DNA of 64,000 bases from Chiloscyllium plagiosum (lineage: Eukaryota): assembly GCF_004010195.1 (NCBI RefSeq), contig NC_057719.1, positions 68,810,622-68,874,621 on the forward strand. Reading direction: 5' to 3'. The position numbers and the translations under genes were made by a program. Each line of letters starts with the position of its first letter. Position 1 is the first letter of the stretch. The notes below the pieces were generated by a model. It saw nothing but the letters and a program-made list of their open reading frames with translations, made no database searches and was not told the origin of the DNA. Shown here one piece after another: positions 54,247 to 64,000 of this stretch.

Positions 54247-54436
54247 GCAGCATCCAAGGAGCAGGAGAATCGACGTTGCGGGCATAAAACCTTCTTCAGG
54301 AATTTCCTAAAGAAGGGCTTATGCCTGAAACATCGATTCTCCTGCTCCTTGGATGCTGCATGACCTGCTGCACTTTTCCAGCAACACATTTTTTCAGCTC
54401 TGATCTCCAGCATCTGCAGTCCTCACTTTCTCCTCT
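54247..54436. mobile_element. Fold-back Penelope-type short element with decayed hammerhead-like motifs
   Basis: Inverted repeat gcagcatccaaggagcaggagaatcga...cttcttcagg / cctaaagaagggcttatgcctgaaacatcgattctcctgctccttggatgctgc. 14-bp TSD ttaatcagggatag (54233-54246) / ttaatcaaggatag (54437-54450). Confidence 0.85.
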
Positions 54437-54757
54437 TTAATCAAGGATAGTCAGCATGGATTTGTCACAAGGAAACCCTGTCGAACAAACTGGATTGTAC
54501 TTTGCAGTCAGGTGTGTAGATGGGGGTAGTGTAGTTGATGTAGTCTACATGGACTTCGGTAGGCTTTTGACAAGGTGTTGCATTAGAGACTGGTCAAGAA
54601 GGTAAGAGTCCATGGGATCAAAAGCAGTGTGGCAAATTGGCTCTAAAATTGGCTTAGTGGTAGGAGGCAAGGGGTGCCGTTTAAAGGTTGTTTTTGTGAC
54701 TGGAAGCCTGTGTGCAGTGACAATTCACAGGGTTTAGTGCTAGGTTCCCTGCTGTCA

Positions 54758-54885
54758 TTCCTGATTAAGGGCTTATGCCTGAAAAGTCAATTCTCCTGCT
54801 CCTCGGAAGCTGTCTGACCTGCTATGCTTTTCCATCGCCACACTCTCGATTCTGATCTCCTGCATTTGCTGTCCTTACTTACTCC
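54758..54885 (+). mobile_element. Single-arm copy of the same hammerhead-like element
   Basis: ttcctgattaagggcttatgcctgaaaagtcaattctcctgctcc. 12-bp TSD tccctgctgtca (54746-54757) / tccctgttgtca (54886-54897). Confidence 0.82.
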
Positions 54886-54904
54886 TCCCTGTTGTCAGTC
54901 GTGT

Positions 54905-56000
54905 ATAAGATGAACAGCAAGAGCTTCTTTAAATACTTGGAAAAAGAGAGAGGCCAATGTGAACACGGGTCCTTTAGAGAATGAGGCTAGATAAATGATA
55001 ATGATGAACCAGGAAATGGCAGAAGAGGTGACAACATACTTTGCATGTTATTATGGTAGAGGATACTAATAGTGTTCCAAAAAGACTAGCTAATCAAGGG
55101 AAGAAAAGGATAGAGGAAATAAATGCAATAAATATCATTAGAGAAAATGGAAAAGGGAAACTAATGTTGCTAAAGACCAGTAAGTCCACTGGGCATGATG
55201 GGATCTATTCTAGGACATTAAAAGAAGTAACTGCATAGATAATTGATGCACTGGTAGTAATCTTCCAGTAATCCTTAGATTCTGGAAAAGTGAAGGAGGC
55301 AGAAGAACAGTTAACTTTATACTAGATAGTTTAACATCTGTCACTGTGAAAATGCCTGTTATAAAGAATGTAATAGGAGAACATTTGGGAAGATTTAACA
55401 TAAGCAGACTCAGCATAGCCTTATGAAGGGGAAACCATATCTGTCAAATTTATTAGAATCTCTTGCAGAGATAAAAGCCCGACAGATAAAAGGGAAGCAC
55501 TGGATGTAATGTACTTAGATTTTCAACAGGCATTTGTTAAGGTACCAAGCATTAAGCTACTTACCAAGACAAAAGCCCAGGATGGATGGTATATAAACTT
55601 GGATAGAGGATTGGGTAACTAACAGAAGACGGAATTGGGTTGAGGAGGGTAATTTCAGGATGACAAACTGTGACTAGTGGATTGCCATATGTATTAGTGC
55701 TAGGTCCACAGTTATTTAATGTATGTATTTATGTATATACTTAGATGGGTGAAGTGAATGTGCTTCATCACCAAGTTTAAGGATGACACAAAAGTAGGTG
55801 CGGAGGCAAGTAGTGAGGATGACACAAGAGTTCTGCACAATGATATAGGCATGTTAAGTGAGTTTGCAAAAACCTGTCAAATGGAATATAATGTGAGATT
55901 TTGCAGTATGGCAAATTAGAAAGGATGAATATTATTTAAATGGAGAAAAATTGCATGAGTGATTTAGAAGTCCTCATGTACAAATCACAAGATTGCCTCT
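54905..56000 (+). mobile_element. Old CR1 LINE ORF2 fragment; probably continues at 57685-58260
   Basis: KSTGHDGIYSRTLKEV, gatgtaatgtacttagatttt (DVMYLDF), aagtttaaggatgacacaaaa (KF.DDTK). Confidence 0.75.
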
Positions 56001-56057
56001 ATAGCCTCTGTGGTAAAGAATTCCAAAGATTGATTGCCCTCTGCACGTTCAGTGGGT

Positions 56058-57682
56058 AATAGACAATAGATAACAGACCATGGGTGCAGGAGTAGGCCAT
56101 TCTGCCCTTCGAGCCTGCACCACCATTCAATATGATCATGGCTGATCATCCTTAATCAGTATCCTGTTCCTGCCTTATCTCCATAACCCTTGATTCCACT
56201 ATCCTTGAGAGCTCTATCCAACTCTTTCTTAAATGAATCCAGAGACTGGGCCTCCATTGCCCTCTGGGGCAGAGCATTCCACACAGCCACCACTCTCTGG
56301 GTGAAGAGGTTTCTCCTCATCTCAGTCCTAAATGGTCTACCCTGTATTTTTAAGCTGTGTCCTCTGGTTTGGCACTCTCCCATCAGCAGAAACATGTTTC
56401 CTGCCTCCAGAGTGTCCAATCCTTTAATAATCTTAAATGTCTCAATCAGATCCCCTCTCAGTCCTCTAAACTCAAGGGTATACAAGCTCAGTCGCTCCAG
56501 TCTTTCAGCATAAGGTAGTCCCGCCATTCCAGGAATTGACCTCGTAAACCTACGCTGCACTCCCTCAATAGCCAGAATGTCTTTCCTCAAATTTGGAGAC
56601 CAGAACTGCACACAATACTCCAGGTGTGGTCTCACCAGGGCCCTGTACAGCTGCACAAGCACCTCTTTGCTTCTGTACTCAATCCCTCTTGTTATGAAGG
56701 CCAGCATGCTATCAGCCTTCTTCACTACCTGCTGTACCAGAATGCTTGCCTTCATTNNNNNNNNNNNNNNNNNNNNNNNNNNNNNNNNNNNNNNNNNNNN
56801 NNNNNNNNNNNNNNNNNNNNNNNNNNNNNNNNNNNNNNNNNNNNNNNNNNNNNNNNNNNNNNNNNNNNNNNNNNNNNNNNNNNNNNNNNNNNNNNNNNNN
56901 NNNNNNNNNNNNNNNNNNNNNNNNNNNNNNNNNNNNNNNNNNNNNNNNNNNNNNNNNNNNNNNNNNNNNNNNNNNNNNNNNNNNNNNNNNNNNNNNNNNN
57001 NNNNNNNNNNNNNNNNNNNNNNNNNNNNNNNNNNNNNNNNNNNNNNNNNNNNNNNNNNNNNNNNNNNNNNNNNNNNNNNNNNNNNNNNNNNNNNNNNNNN
57101 NNNNNNNNNNNNNNNNNNNNNNNNNNNNNNNNNNNNNNNNNNNNNNNNNNNNNNNNNNNNNNNNNNNNNNNNNNNNNNNNNNNNNNNNNNNNNNNNNNNN
57201 NNNNNNNNNNNNNNNNNNNNNNNNNNNNNNNNNNNNNNNNNNNNNNNNNNNNNNNNNNNNNNNNNNNNNNNNNNNNNNNNNNNNNNNNNNNNNNNNNNNN
57301 NNNNNNNNNNNNNNNNNNNNNNNNNNNNNNNNNNNNNNNNNNNNNNNNNNNNNNNNNNNNNNNNNNNNNNNNNNNNNNNNNNNNNNNNNNNNNNNNNNNN
57401 ATCCCGAATCTATCGAACTCTGGAAAATAATCACCAACACATCCACAATTTCTCGAGCCACCTCCTTCAGTACCCTGGGATGAGGACCATCAGGCCCCGG
57501 GGACTTATCAACCTTCAGACCTAACAGTCTCTCCAACACCAATTCCTGGCAAATATAAATTCCCTTAAGTTCACGTCCTTCAGCCACTATTACCTCAGGG
57601 AGATTGCTTGTGTCTTCCCAAGTGATCTGAAGTAATTCTTCTGCCATTTCTTTGTTCCCTGTAATATATTCCCCTGTTTCTG
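56058..57682 (-). mobile_element. Young 5'-truncated CR1 LINE spanning a gap
   Basis: Uninterrupted 199-aa ORF2 C-terminus (RPHLEYCVQFWSP...WNALP...GDKAGTGY*) and an uninterrupted KSPGPDGPHPRVLKE segment on the other side of the gap; (CTATTGT)-like tail. Confidence 0.93.
56757..57400. other. Assembly gap
   Basis: Run of N. Confidence 1.
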
Positions 57683-57684
57683 AG

Positions 57685-58740
57685 GAAGACCAATGGAATG
57701 TTGGCCTTTATTTCAAAGGGAATGGTGTATAACAATAGGGAAGTCTAAGCACTAGTTAGACCAAACCTGCATTACTATGAGCTGTTTTGGTCCTGATATC
57801 TCAAGCAAGATAAATTGATATTGGCAACGGTCAAAAGAAGAATTCACTAGGTTGATCCTGGTTATGGAGGGATTTTCTTACATGGAGAGCTTGAGTACAT
57901 TACGCTTGTACTCATTCGAATTTAGAAGACTTGGCAGCAATCTTATTGAAACATTCAAGATTCTTAGGGGGCTTGAGAGGATAGTTGCTGAAAATGTTTA
58001 CCCTTGTGGCAGGTTTTAGTACCTCAGGGCATATCACAGTGTGAGAGTCGCTCAGTCAGGAAAGAAATGCGGAGAAGTTTCTTTCCTCAAAGGGCAATCA
58101 ATCTTTGGAATTTGACAGAGGGCTGTTGAGGTTGGGTCGCCAAGAGAGACCGATTTTTAATCACTAAGAGAATCAAGGTTATGGGAAAAAGCAGCAAAGT
58201 AGAGTTAAGAATTATCAATGGACCGAATGACCAAATGCTGCTCTACATCTTAAAGTCTTATGTTAATGACTTACACACAAATCTAGGAGCTTTGATCAGC
58301 AAGCTTGCAGATGATACAAAACTTGTTGGTTTTGTAAAAAGCAAGGAGGAAATCCTACGGGATGGGCTGGTCAGATGAGTAGAAGTAGCAAATGGAATTT
58401 AATAATGCTAAGTTGTTGGGCTAACAAGGCAACGGATTCTGGTGAATGGTTGGATCCTGGGAAGTATAGAGCATCAGAGGGACCACAAAAAAGCAACAAA
58501 ACAGGTAGATATAAAATGGTTAACAAGGCATGTGAAATATTTACCATTATTAATCAAGGCATCATGCAGGGACATTATGACAGAATTGTCCAAGAAGGTA
58601 GTTAGGCCATAGCTGGAGTACTGTGTCCAGTTCTGGACATTGCACTATAGGAAGGATGTCGTTGCACTGGAGAGGGTGCAGAAGAGATTTGTCAAGATGT
58701 TGCCTGTATCATCAGTTATGAGGAGAGTCTGGAACTCTCA
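57685..58740 (+). mobile_element. Two consecutive old CR1 3' fragments
   Basis: caatggaatgttggcctttatt (NGMLAFI) through a tail at ~58260, then SKLADDTKLVG and ctggagtactgtgtccagttctgg (LEYCVQFW). Confidence 0.75.
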
Positions 58741-59044
58741 ATCGAGTTCTTATTTGTCATTCTGCTGACTGGCCAAATTTGTTAGGATCTTATTTTGCCT
58801 GATGGGAGATTTTGCATTACGCAGACAGCCCAGAGGCATTGGAGATTTGATTACTGTGACGACAGGTAGACAATAAAGATGAGATGATAGAGAGATAGGA
58901 GAGTTCTTGGGGATAACTGGTTGCAGTACTGGAAGATCGTACTTACAGAGGTCAGGGTGGAGACTGATGTTCCTGGGTCTGCATGTAAAGGAGATTGAAT
59001 AATCTGACAGTGACCCCATGAGCAGGGAAGCAGAGAAATAACAC

Positions 59045-59135
59045 AAACAAAAACAAAAATTGCTGGAGAAACTTGGCAGAATCTGTGAAGATAAAACAGA
59101 GTTAACATTTCAAGTACTGTAGTCCTTCTCCAGCA
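59045..59135 (-). mobile_element. Decayed Penelope-type terminal fragment
   Basis: aaaaacaaaaattgctggagaaact...acagagttaacatttc is the reverse complement of the 52110-type unit. Confidence 0.55.
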
Positions 59136-59589
59136 TCCACAATTCTTACATATCTCTGGAGCAGGTTGGACTTGAACCCAAGTCTTCTAATCCAGGGGTG
59201 GGGACACTATACTGTGCCATGACTCAACCACTCCTTTGGATAGTTAGTGCCTCATTCTCACAGGTCATTTAGGAAAGGTTTTTCTTTTTAACCCTGACAT
59301 CCCTATTGGATTTCTTGGTGACTATCTTGTATTGAAACCCTATAGTCGTCTTTTTCTCTCTCTATTTCCATCTTTGTCCTTTTTTTCTCTCTCATTACCC
59401 TCAGCCTTGTCTTACTGTGCGAAGAAAAATGCTTGAACAACACTTCTGATCAATATGACCTTGTAATTCTTGGTGTCATCCTTCAAAATCTTCATTATAC
59501 CATCTCCATTATTTCTGTATTTTCATGGACTGACAACCAAAAGTATTCACCAGCTACTAAGTTAAGTCAAACAATAGCTCAATCCATGA

Positions 59590-59690
59590 CCAAAACAGAA
59601 ATGGCTGAAAAAATCAGCAGGTCTGGCAGCATCTGTGGGAAGAAAGCAGACTTAATGTTTCAAGTCTAGTGACTCTTCAAAAGAACTCAA
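59590..59690 (-). mobile_element. Decayed Penelope-type terminal fragment
   Basis: aaaacagaaatggctgaaaaaatcagcaggtctggcagcatctgtggg...aatgtttcaagtctagtgactcttc is the reverse complement of the 52110-type unit. Confidence 0.65.
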
Positions 59691-59699
59691 ATTATAAAA

Positions 59700-60035
59700 A
59701 AAACTCACCTTGCAAATCTCCCTTAAACTTTACTCCTTTCATGTTAAATTTATTCCTCCAAGTATTTGACATTGTTGCATTAGGAAAAAGACTCCGACTA
59801 TCCACCCTATTCATAACTCTCATAATTTCATACAGTTTTACTAAGTCATGCCCTCAGCCTCCAACCCTCTAGTGAAAACAATCTAAGTTTATCCAACTCT
59901 CCCTATAGCTAATACACTCAATCCAGGCAACATCCTGGTAAACCCCTTTTGCACCTTCTCTGAAGCCTCCACATCATTCCCATTGTGTGGAGACCAGAAC
60001 TGCACACAATATGACTGAACTAAAGTTTTATACAG
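59700..60035 (-). mobile_element. CR1 LINE 3' fragment
   Basis: YCVQFWSPHNGNDVEASEKVQKGFTRMLPGL on the minus strand. Confidence 0.8.
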
Positions 60036-60299
60036 ATAATTTAATTGTTTTTGATTCAGGGCTAAATCCATGTTGTCATAATTTCTCTTTGTTTAAATTC
60101 TGTCTTACTGGAAATATACCATGTGCTTAGTTTGCTTTATTATAGCCTTATTGACCTGCAACTTTTACCAATCTCTTAGAGATCCTTTGCTACTTTAGTC
60201 TTTGGAATTCTTATTTTCAGACCGTGCAACCTTGTTTTGTGTCTTATCAAAATTTATTGTCTCACACTTGGCTGTGTTAATAATAAGCTTTCTTTATTG

Positions 60300-60770
60300 T
60301 TTCATTTGTGGGATCTACGAATTATGGGAAGGCCAGAATTTATTGCACATCCCTAATTGCCTCTTAAGATTGCAGTGAGCCACTTTCTCAATATGTGAGT
60401 GGCTTGTAAGACCTTTTCAGGGAGCATTTAAGAGTCAGTTACATTAGTGTGGATCTACAATCACATATAGGTGAGGAACATATGAAATAAGCGATATACA
60501 GGGAGCACAAGAATGCACTACAACCTCTTCAGGCCGAGGTAAACATTGCAGATTTTCTTCCTAAAGGACATTAAGGAACCTCATGAGTTTTTGAAACATT
60601 ACAATAGTTTCACAATCGTCATTACTGATTCTAGCTTTCATATTCAAATTTATTTTTAATCAATTGAATGAGTTGAATTTGAATTCCCGAGTTGGTTTGG
60701 TTAAACTTAACCTCATGCCTGAGAACATTAGTCCAGGCTTCTGAATTGCTAGTCCAAAGCATAACGACCA
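60300..60770 (-). mobile_element. Decayed copy of the 36819-type SINE
   Basis: Tail aatttattgcacatccctaattgcc; body gagtggcttgtaagacc...gcagattttcttcctaaaggacatta; head remnant at ~60690-60770. Confidence 0.7.
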
Positions 60771-61133
60771 AACTAATTGGAAGGGGACTAATATACTGGC
60801 AGGGGAGTTTGCTAGAGGTGCTTGGGAGGATTTAAACTATTAAGGTGGAGGAAGGGGGAACCCAGGGAGATAGTGAGGAAAGAGATCAATCTGAGACTGG
60901 TACAGTTGAGAACAGAAGTGAGTCAAAAAGTCAGGGCAGGCAGGGACAAGTTAGGACTAATAAACAGCATTTATTTCAATGCAAGGGGCCTAACAGGGAA
61001 GGCAGATCAACTCAGGGCATGATTAGGAGCATGGGACTGGGATATCATAGCAACTACAGAAACTTGGCTCAGGGATGGTCCAGAATGGCAGGTTAATGTT
61101 CCAGGATACAAATGCTACAGAAAGGATAGAAAG

Positions 61134-61396
61134 CATGGTTTGTGAAGGTTCCTGGAGGCCTGGCACTCCAACACAACAAACACATAGATCTAGATGCCAT
61201 CTATCAACCCCTCAGAAAACGAACAGGAAATGACATCACCACAACTCCAGGAACCCCATCCAGGAGAAAGATATAAATAGAAAGCAGGAGACAACAGCTT
61301 CGCATCACTTGGAGGTTGCTACTGATGATGTTACCTAGCCAGGTAATGAAACATCTGGATATCAAACCTACAGCTCAGCAAGTAAACCTACACCCT
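61134..61396 (+). mobile_element. Penelope-like element 3' end (GIY-YIG C-terminus plus pLTR) nested in CR1
   Basis: Translation FLEAWHSN..NKHIDLDAIYQPLRK, a hammerhead-like motif at 61322-61358, and a perfect 13-bp TSD aaaggatagaaag (61121-61133 / 61397-61409). Confidence 0.85.
61319..61358 (+). ncRNA. Minimal type-I hammerhead ribozyme motif, probably inactive
   Basis: CTGATGA (61322-61328), T, stem II GTTACCT/AGGTAAT with loop AGCC, GAAA (61348-61351), then CATC in place of the expected CGTC, and a short stem I cta/tgg. Confidence 0.65.
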
Positions 61397-61938
61397 AAAG
61401 GATAGAAAGGGAGGCAAGAGAGGAGGGAGAGTGGCATTTTTGATAAGTGATAGCATTACAGCTGTGCTGAGGGAGGATATTCCCAGAAATACATCCAGGG
61501 AATTTATTTGGGTGGAACTGATGAATAAGAAAGAGATGATAACCTTATTGGGATTGTATTATAAACCCCCTAATACTCAGAGGGAAATTGAGAAACAAAC
61601 TTGTAAGATCTCAGCTATCTGTAAGAATAATAGGGTGGTTATGGTAGGGGATTTTAACTTTCCAAACGTAGACTGGGACTGCCATAGTGTTAAAGGTTTA
61701 GATGGATAGGAATTTGTCAAACGTGTGTACAAGACAATTTTCTGATTCAGTATGTGGATGTATCTACTAGAGAAAGTGCAAAACTTGACCTACTATTGGG
61801 AAATAAGGCAGGGCAGGTGACTGAGGTATCAGTGGGGGAGCACTTTGGGGCCAGCAACCATAATTCTATTCGTTTTAAAATAATGATGGAAAAGGATAGA
61901 CCAGATCTAAAAGTTGAAGTTCTAAATTGAGAAAGGCC

Positions 61939-62808
61939 NNNNNNNNNNNNNNNNNNNNNNNNNNNNNNNNNNNNNNNNNNNNNNNNNNNNNNNNNNNNNN
62001 NNNNNNNNNNNNNNNNNNNNNNNNNNNNNNNNNNNNNNNNNNNNNNNNNNNNNNNNNNNNNNNNNNNNNNNNNNNNNNNNNNNNNNNNNNNNNNNNNNNN
62101 NNNNNNNNNNNNNNNNNNNNNNNNNNNNNNNNNNNNNNNNNNNNNNNNNNNNNNNNNNNNNNNNNNNNNNNNNNNNNNNNNNNNNNNNNNNNNNNNNNNN
62201 NNNNNNNNNNNNNNNNNNNNNNNNNNNNNNNNNNNNNNNNNNNNNNNNNNNNNNNNNNNNNNNNNNNNNNNNNNNNNNNNNNNNNNNNNNNNNNNNNNNN
62301 NNNNNNNNNNNNNNNNNNNNNNNNNNNNNNNNNNNNNNNNNNNNNNNNNNNNNNNNNNNNNNNNNNNNNNNNNNNNNNNNNNNNNNNNNNNNNNNNNNNN
62401 NNNNNNNNNNNNNNNNNNNNNNNNNNNNNNNNNNNNNNNNNNNNNNNNNNNNNNNNNNNNNNNNNNNNNNNNNNNNNNNNNNNNNNNNNNNNNNNNNNNN
62501 NNNNNNNNNNNNNNNNNNNNNNNNNNNNNNNNNNNNNNNNNNNNNNNNNNNNNNNNNNNNNNNNNNNNNNNNNNNNNNNNNNNNNNNNNNNNNNNNNNNN
62601 NNNNNNNNNNNNNNNNNNNNNNNNNNNNNNNNNNNNNNNNNNNNNNNNNNNNNNNNNNNNNNNNNNNNNNNNNNNNNNNNNNNNNNNNNNNNNNNNNNNN
62701 NNNNNNNNNNNNNNNNNNNNNNNNNNNNNNNNNNNNNNNNNNNNNNNNNNNNNNNNNNNNNNNNNNNNNNNNNNNNNNNNNNNNNNNNNNNNNNNNNNNN
62801 NNNNNNNN
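61939..62808. other. Assembly gap
   Basis: Run of N. Confidence 1.
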
Positions 62809-63392
62809 ACAAGGTTTCCCATGGGAGACTGATTAGCAAGGTTAGATCTCATGGAATACAGGGAGAACTAGCCATTTGGATACAGAACTGGCTCAAAGGT
62901 AGAAGACAGAGGGTGGTGGTGGAGGGTTGTTTTTCAGACTGGAGGCATGTGACCAGTGGAGTGCCACAAGGATCGGTGTTGGGTCCTCTACTTTTTGTCA
63001 TTTACATAAATGATTTGGATGCGAGCATAAGAGGTACAGTTAGTAAGTTTGCAGATGACACCAAAATTGGAGGTATAGTGAACAGGGTTACCTCAGATTA
63101 CAACAGGGTCTTGACCAGATGGGCCAATGTGCTGAGAAGTGGCAGATGGAGTTTAATTCAGATAAATGCGTGGTGCTGCATTTTGAGAAAGCAAATCTTA
63201 GCAGGACTTATATACTTAATGGTAAGATCCTAGGAATGTTGCTGAACAGATACCTTGGATGCAGGTTCATAGCTCTTTGAAAGGGGAGTCGCAGGTAGAT
63301 AGGATAGTGAAGAAGGCATTTGGTATGCTTTCCTTTATTGGTCAGAATATTAATTACAGGAGTTGGGAGGTCATGTTGCAGCTGTACAGCTG

Positions 63393-63648
63393 AATTATTC
63401 CCGACTCAGGCGACTGACTGTGTGGAGTTTGCACATTCTCCCCGTGTCTGCGTAGGTTTCCTCCGGGTGCTCCGGTTTCCTCCCACAGTCCAAAGATGTG
63501 CGGGTCAGGTGAATTGGCCATGCTAAATTGCCCGTAGTGTTAGGTTAAAGGGGTAAATGTAGGGGTATGGGTGGGTTGCGCTTCGGCGGGTCGGTGTGGA
63601 CTTGTTGGGCCGAAGGGCCTGTTTCCACACTGTAAGTAATCTAATCTA
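63393..63648 (+). mobile_element. 5'-truncated V-SINE (HE1-type)
   Basis: Starts after the B box (attcccgactcaggcgactgactgtgtggagtttgcac), is nearly identical to 819-1117, and ends taatctaatcta. Confidence 0.92.
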
Positions 63649-64000
63649 AAAAGAGGTGGGAGAGAGAGAGTGAGTGTGAGGCAACTGAGAAAAGTGTGTG
63701 GCACTTAGCCTACAGCAGAGAAGAGCAGTGATATTCTGACAGTATTGCTGGCCAGTCCTCTGCACTATGAAGACAGTATGAACACAGGTGTGAACAGGGA
63801 CTAGGTAACCAGGGCCTGGTGGCACGGCCTGGTGGCACAGCCTGTTCTGCTGGTCCTCAGCGAAGAAGACCATTCCCATGATCCCTCAGTCCCAGCCAGA
63901 GAGTTACAATATGATCTTCGCTTTCTCAAAATTTCAGATACTGTTTGTCAGTGAGCAGGGCAGCTTTGTCCGCATGCATAGTAGCCTCCCAAAGATGACA

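Larger units (their letters stand above)
53940..54905 (+). mobile_element. CR1 LINE RT fragment containing two short insertions
   Basis: DKSPDPDEMYPRL...EVLEDWKTA, gatgtagtctacatggacttc (DVVYMDF), cagggtttagtgctaggt. Confidence 0.85.
60770..63390 (+). mobile_element. CR1 LINE from the ORF1 C-terminus through the RT, spanning a gap
   Basis: NWKGTNILAGEFA (end of the ORF1 esterase-like domain), [49 protein letters not shown]...[11 protein letters not shown]. Confidence 0.92.

Noticed and set aside
1..64000. CRISPR arrays, operons, prokaryotic defence systems
   Set aside because: The sequence is eukaryotic intronic DNA with no regularly spaced repeat-spacer arrays or dense gene packing.

Overview
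Vertebrate, repeat-rich intronic DNA. The V-SINE (HE1-type) and CR1 LINE content point to a cartilaginous fish, probably a shark (inference). Only one host coding exon is supported: 45571-45816 (+), an 82-codon phase-0/0 exon matching the RidA/YjgF-like C-terminal extension of DPH6, so the window probably lies in large dph6 introns. Nearly all ORF-track entries are retroelement remnants or chance ORFs. Most notable observations: (1) short, TSD-flanked Penelope-type elements carrying decayed minimal hammerhead-ribozyme motifs, three of them head-to-head fold-backs; (2) an apparently ORF1-less endonuclease+RT LINE whose 5' end is a tRNA-derived SINE head, seen in two independent copies, plus short head+tail derivatives; (3) a perfect double fold-back insertion at 21640-21816; (4) a 518-bp tandem duplication of a CR1 3' end; (5) an ~8.7-kb nested retroelement stack; (6) repeat-free, homeodomain-motif-rich stretches that are candidate conserved enhancers. 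There are three assembly gaps. No database searches were run, so family names come from motif recognition only.
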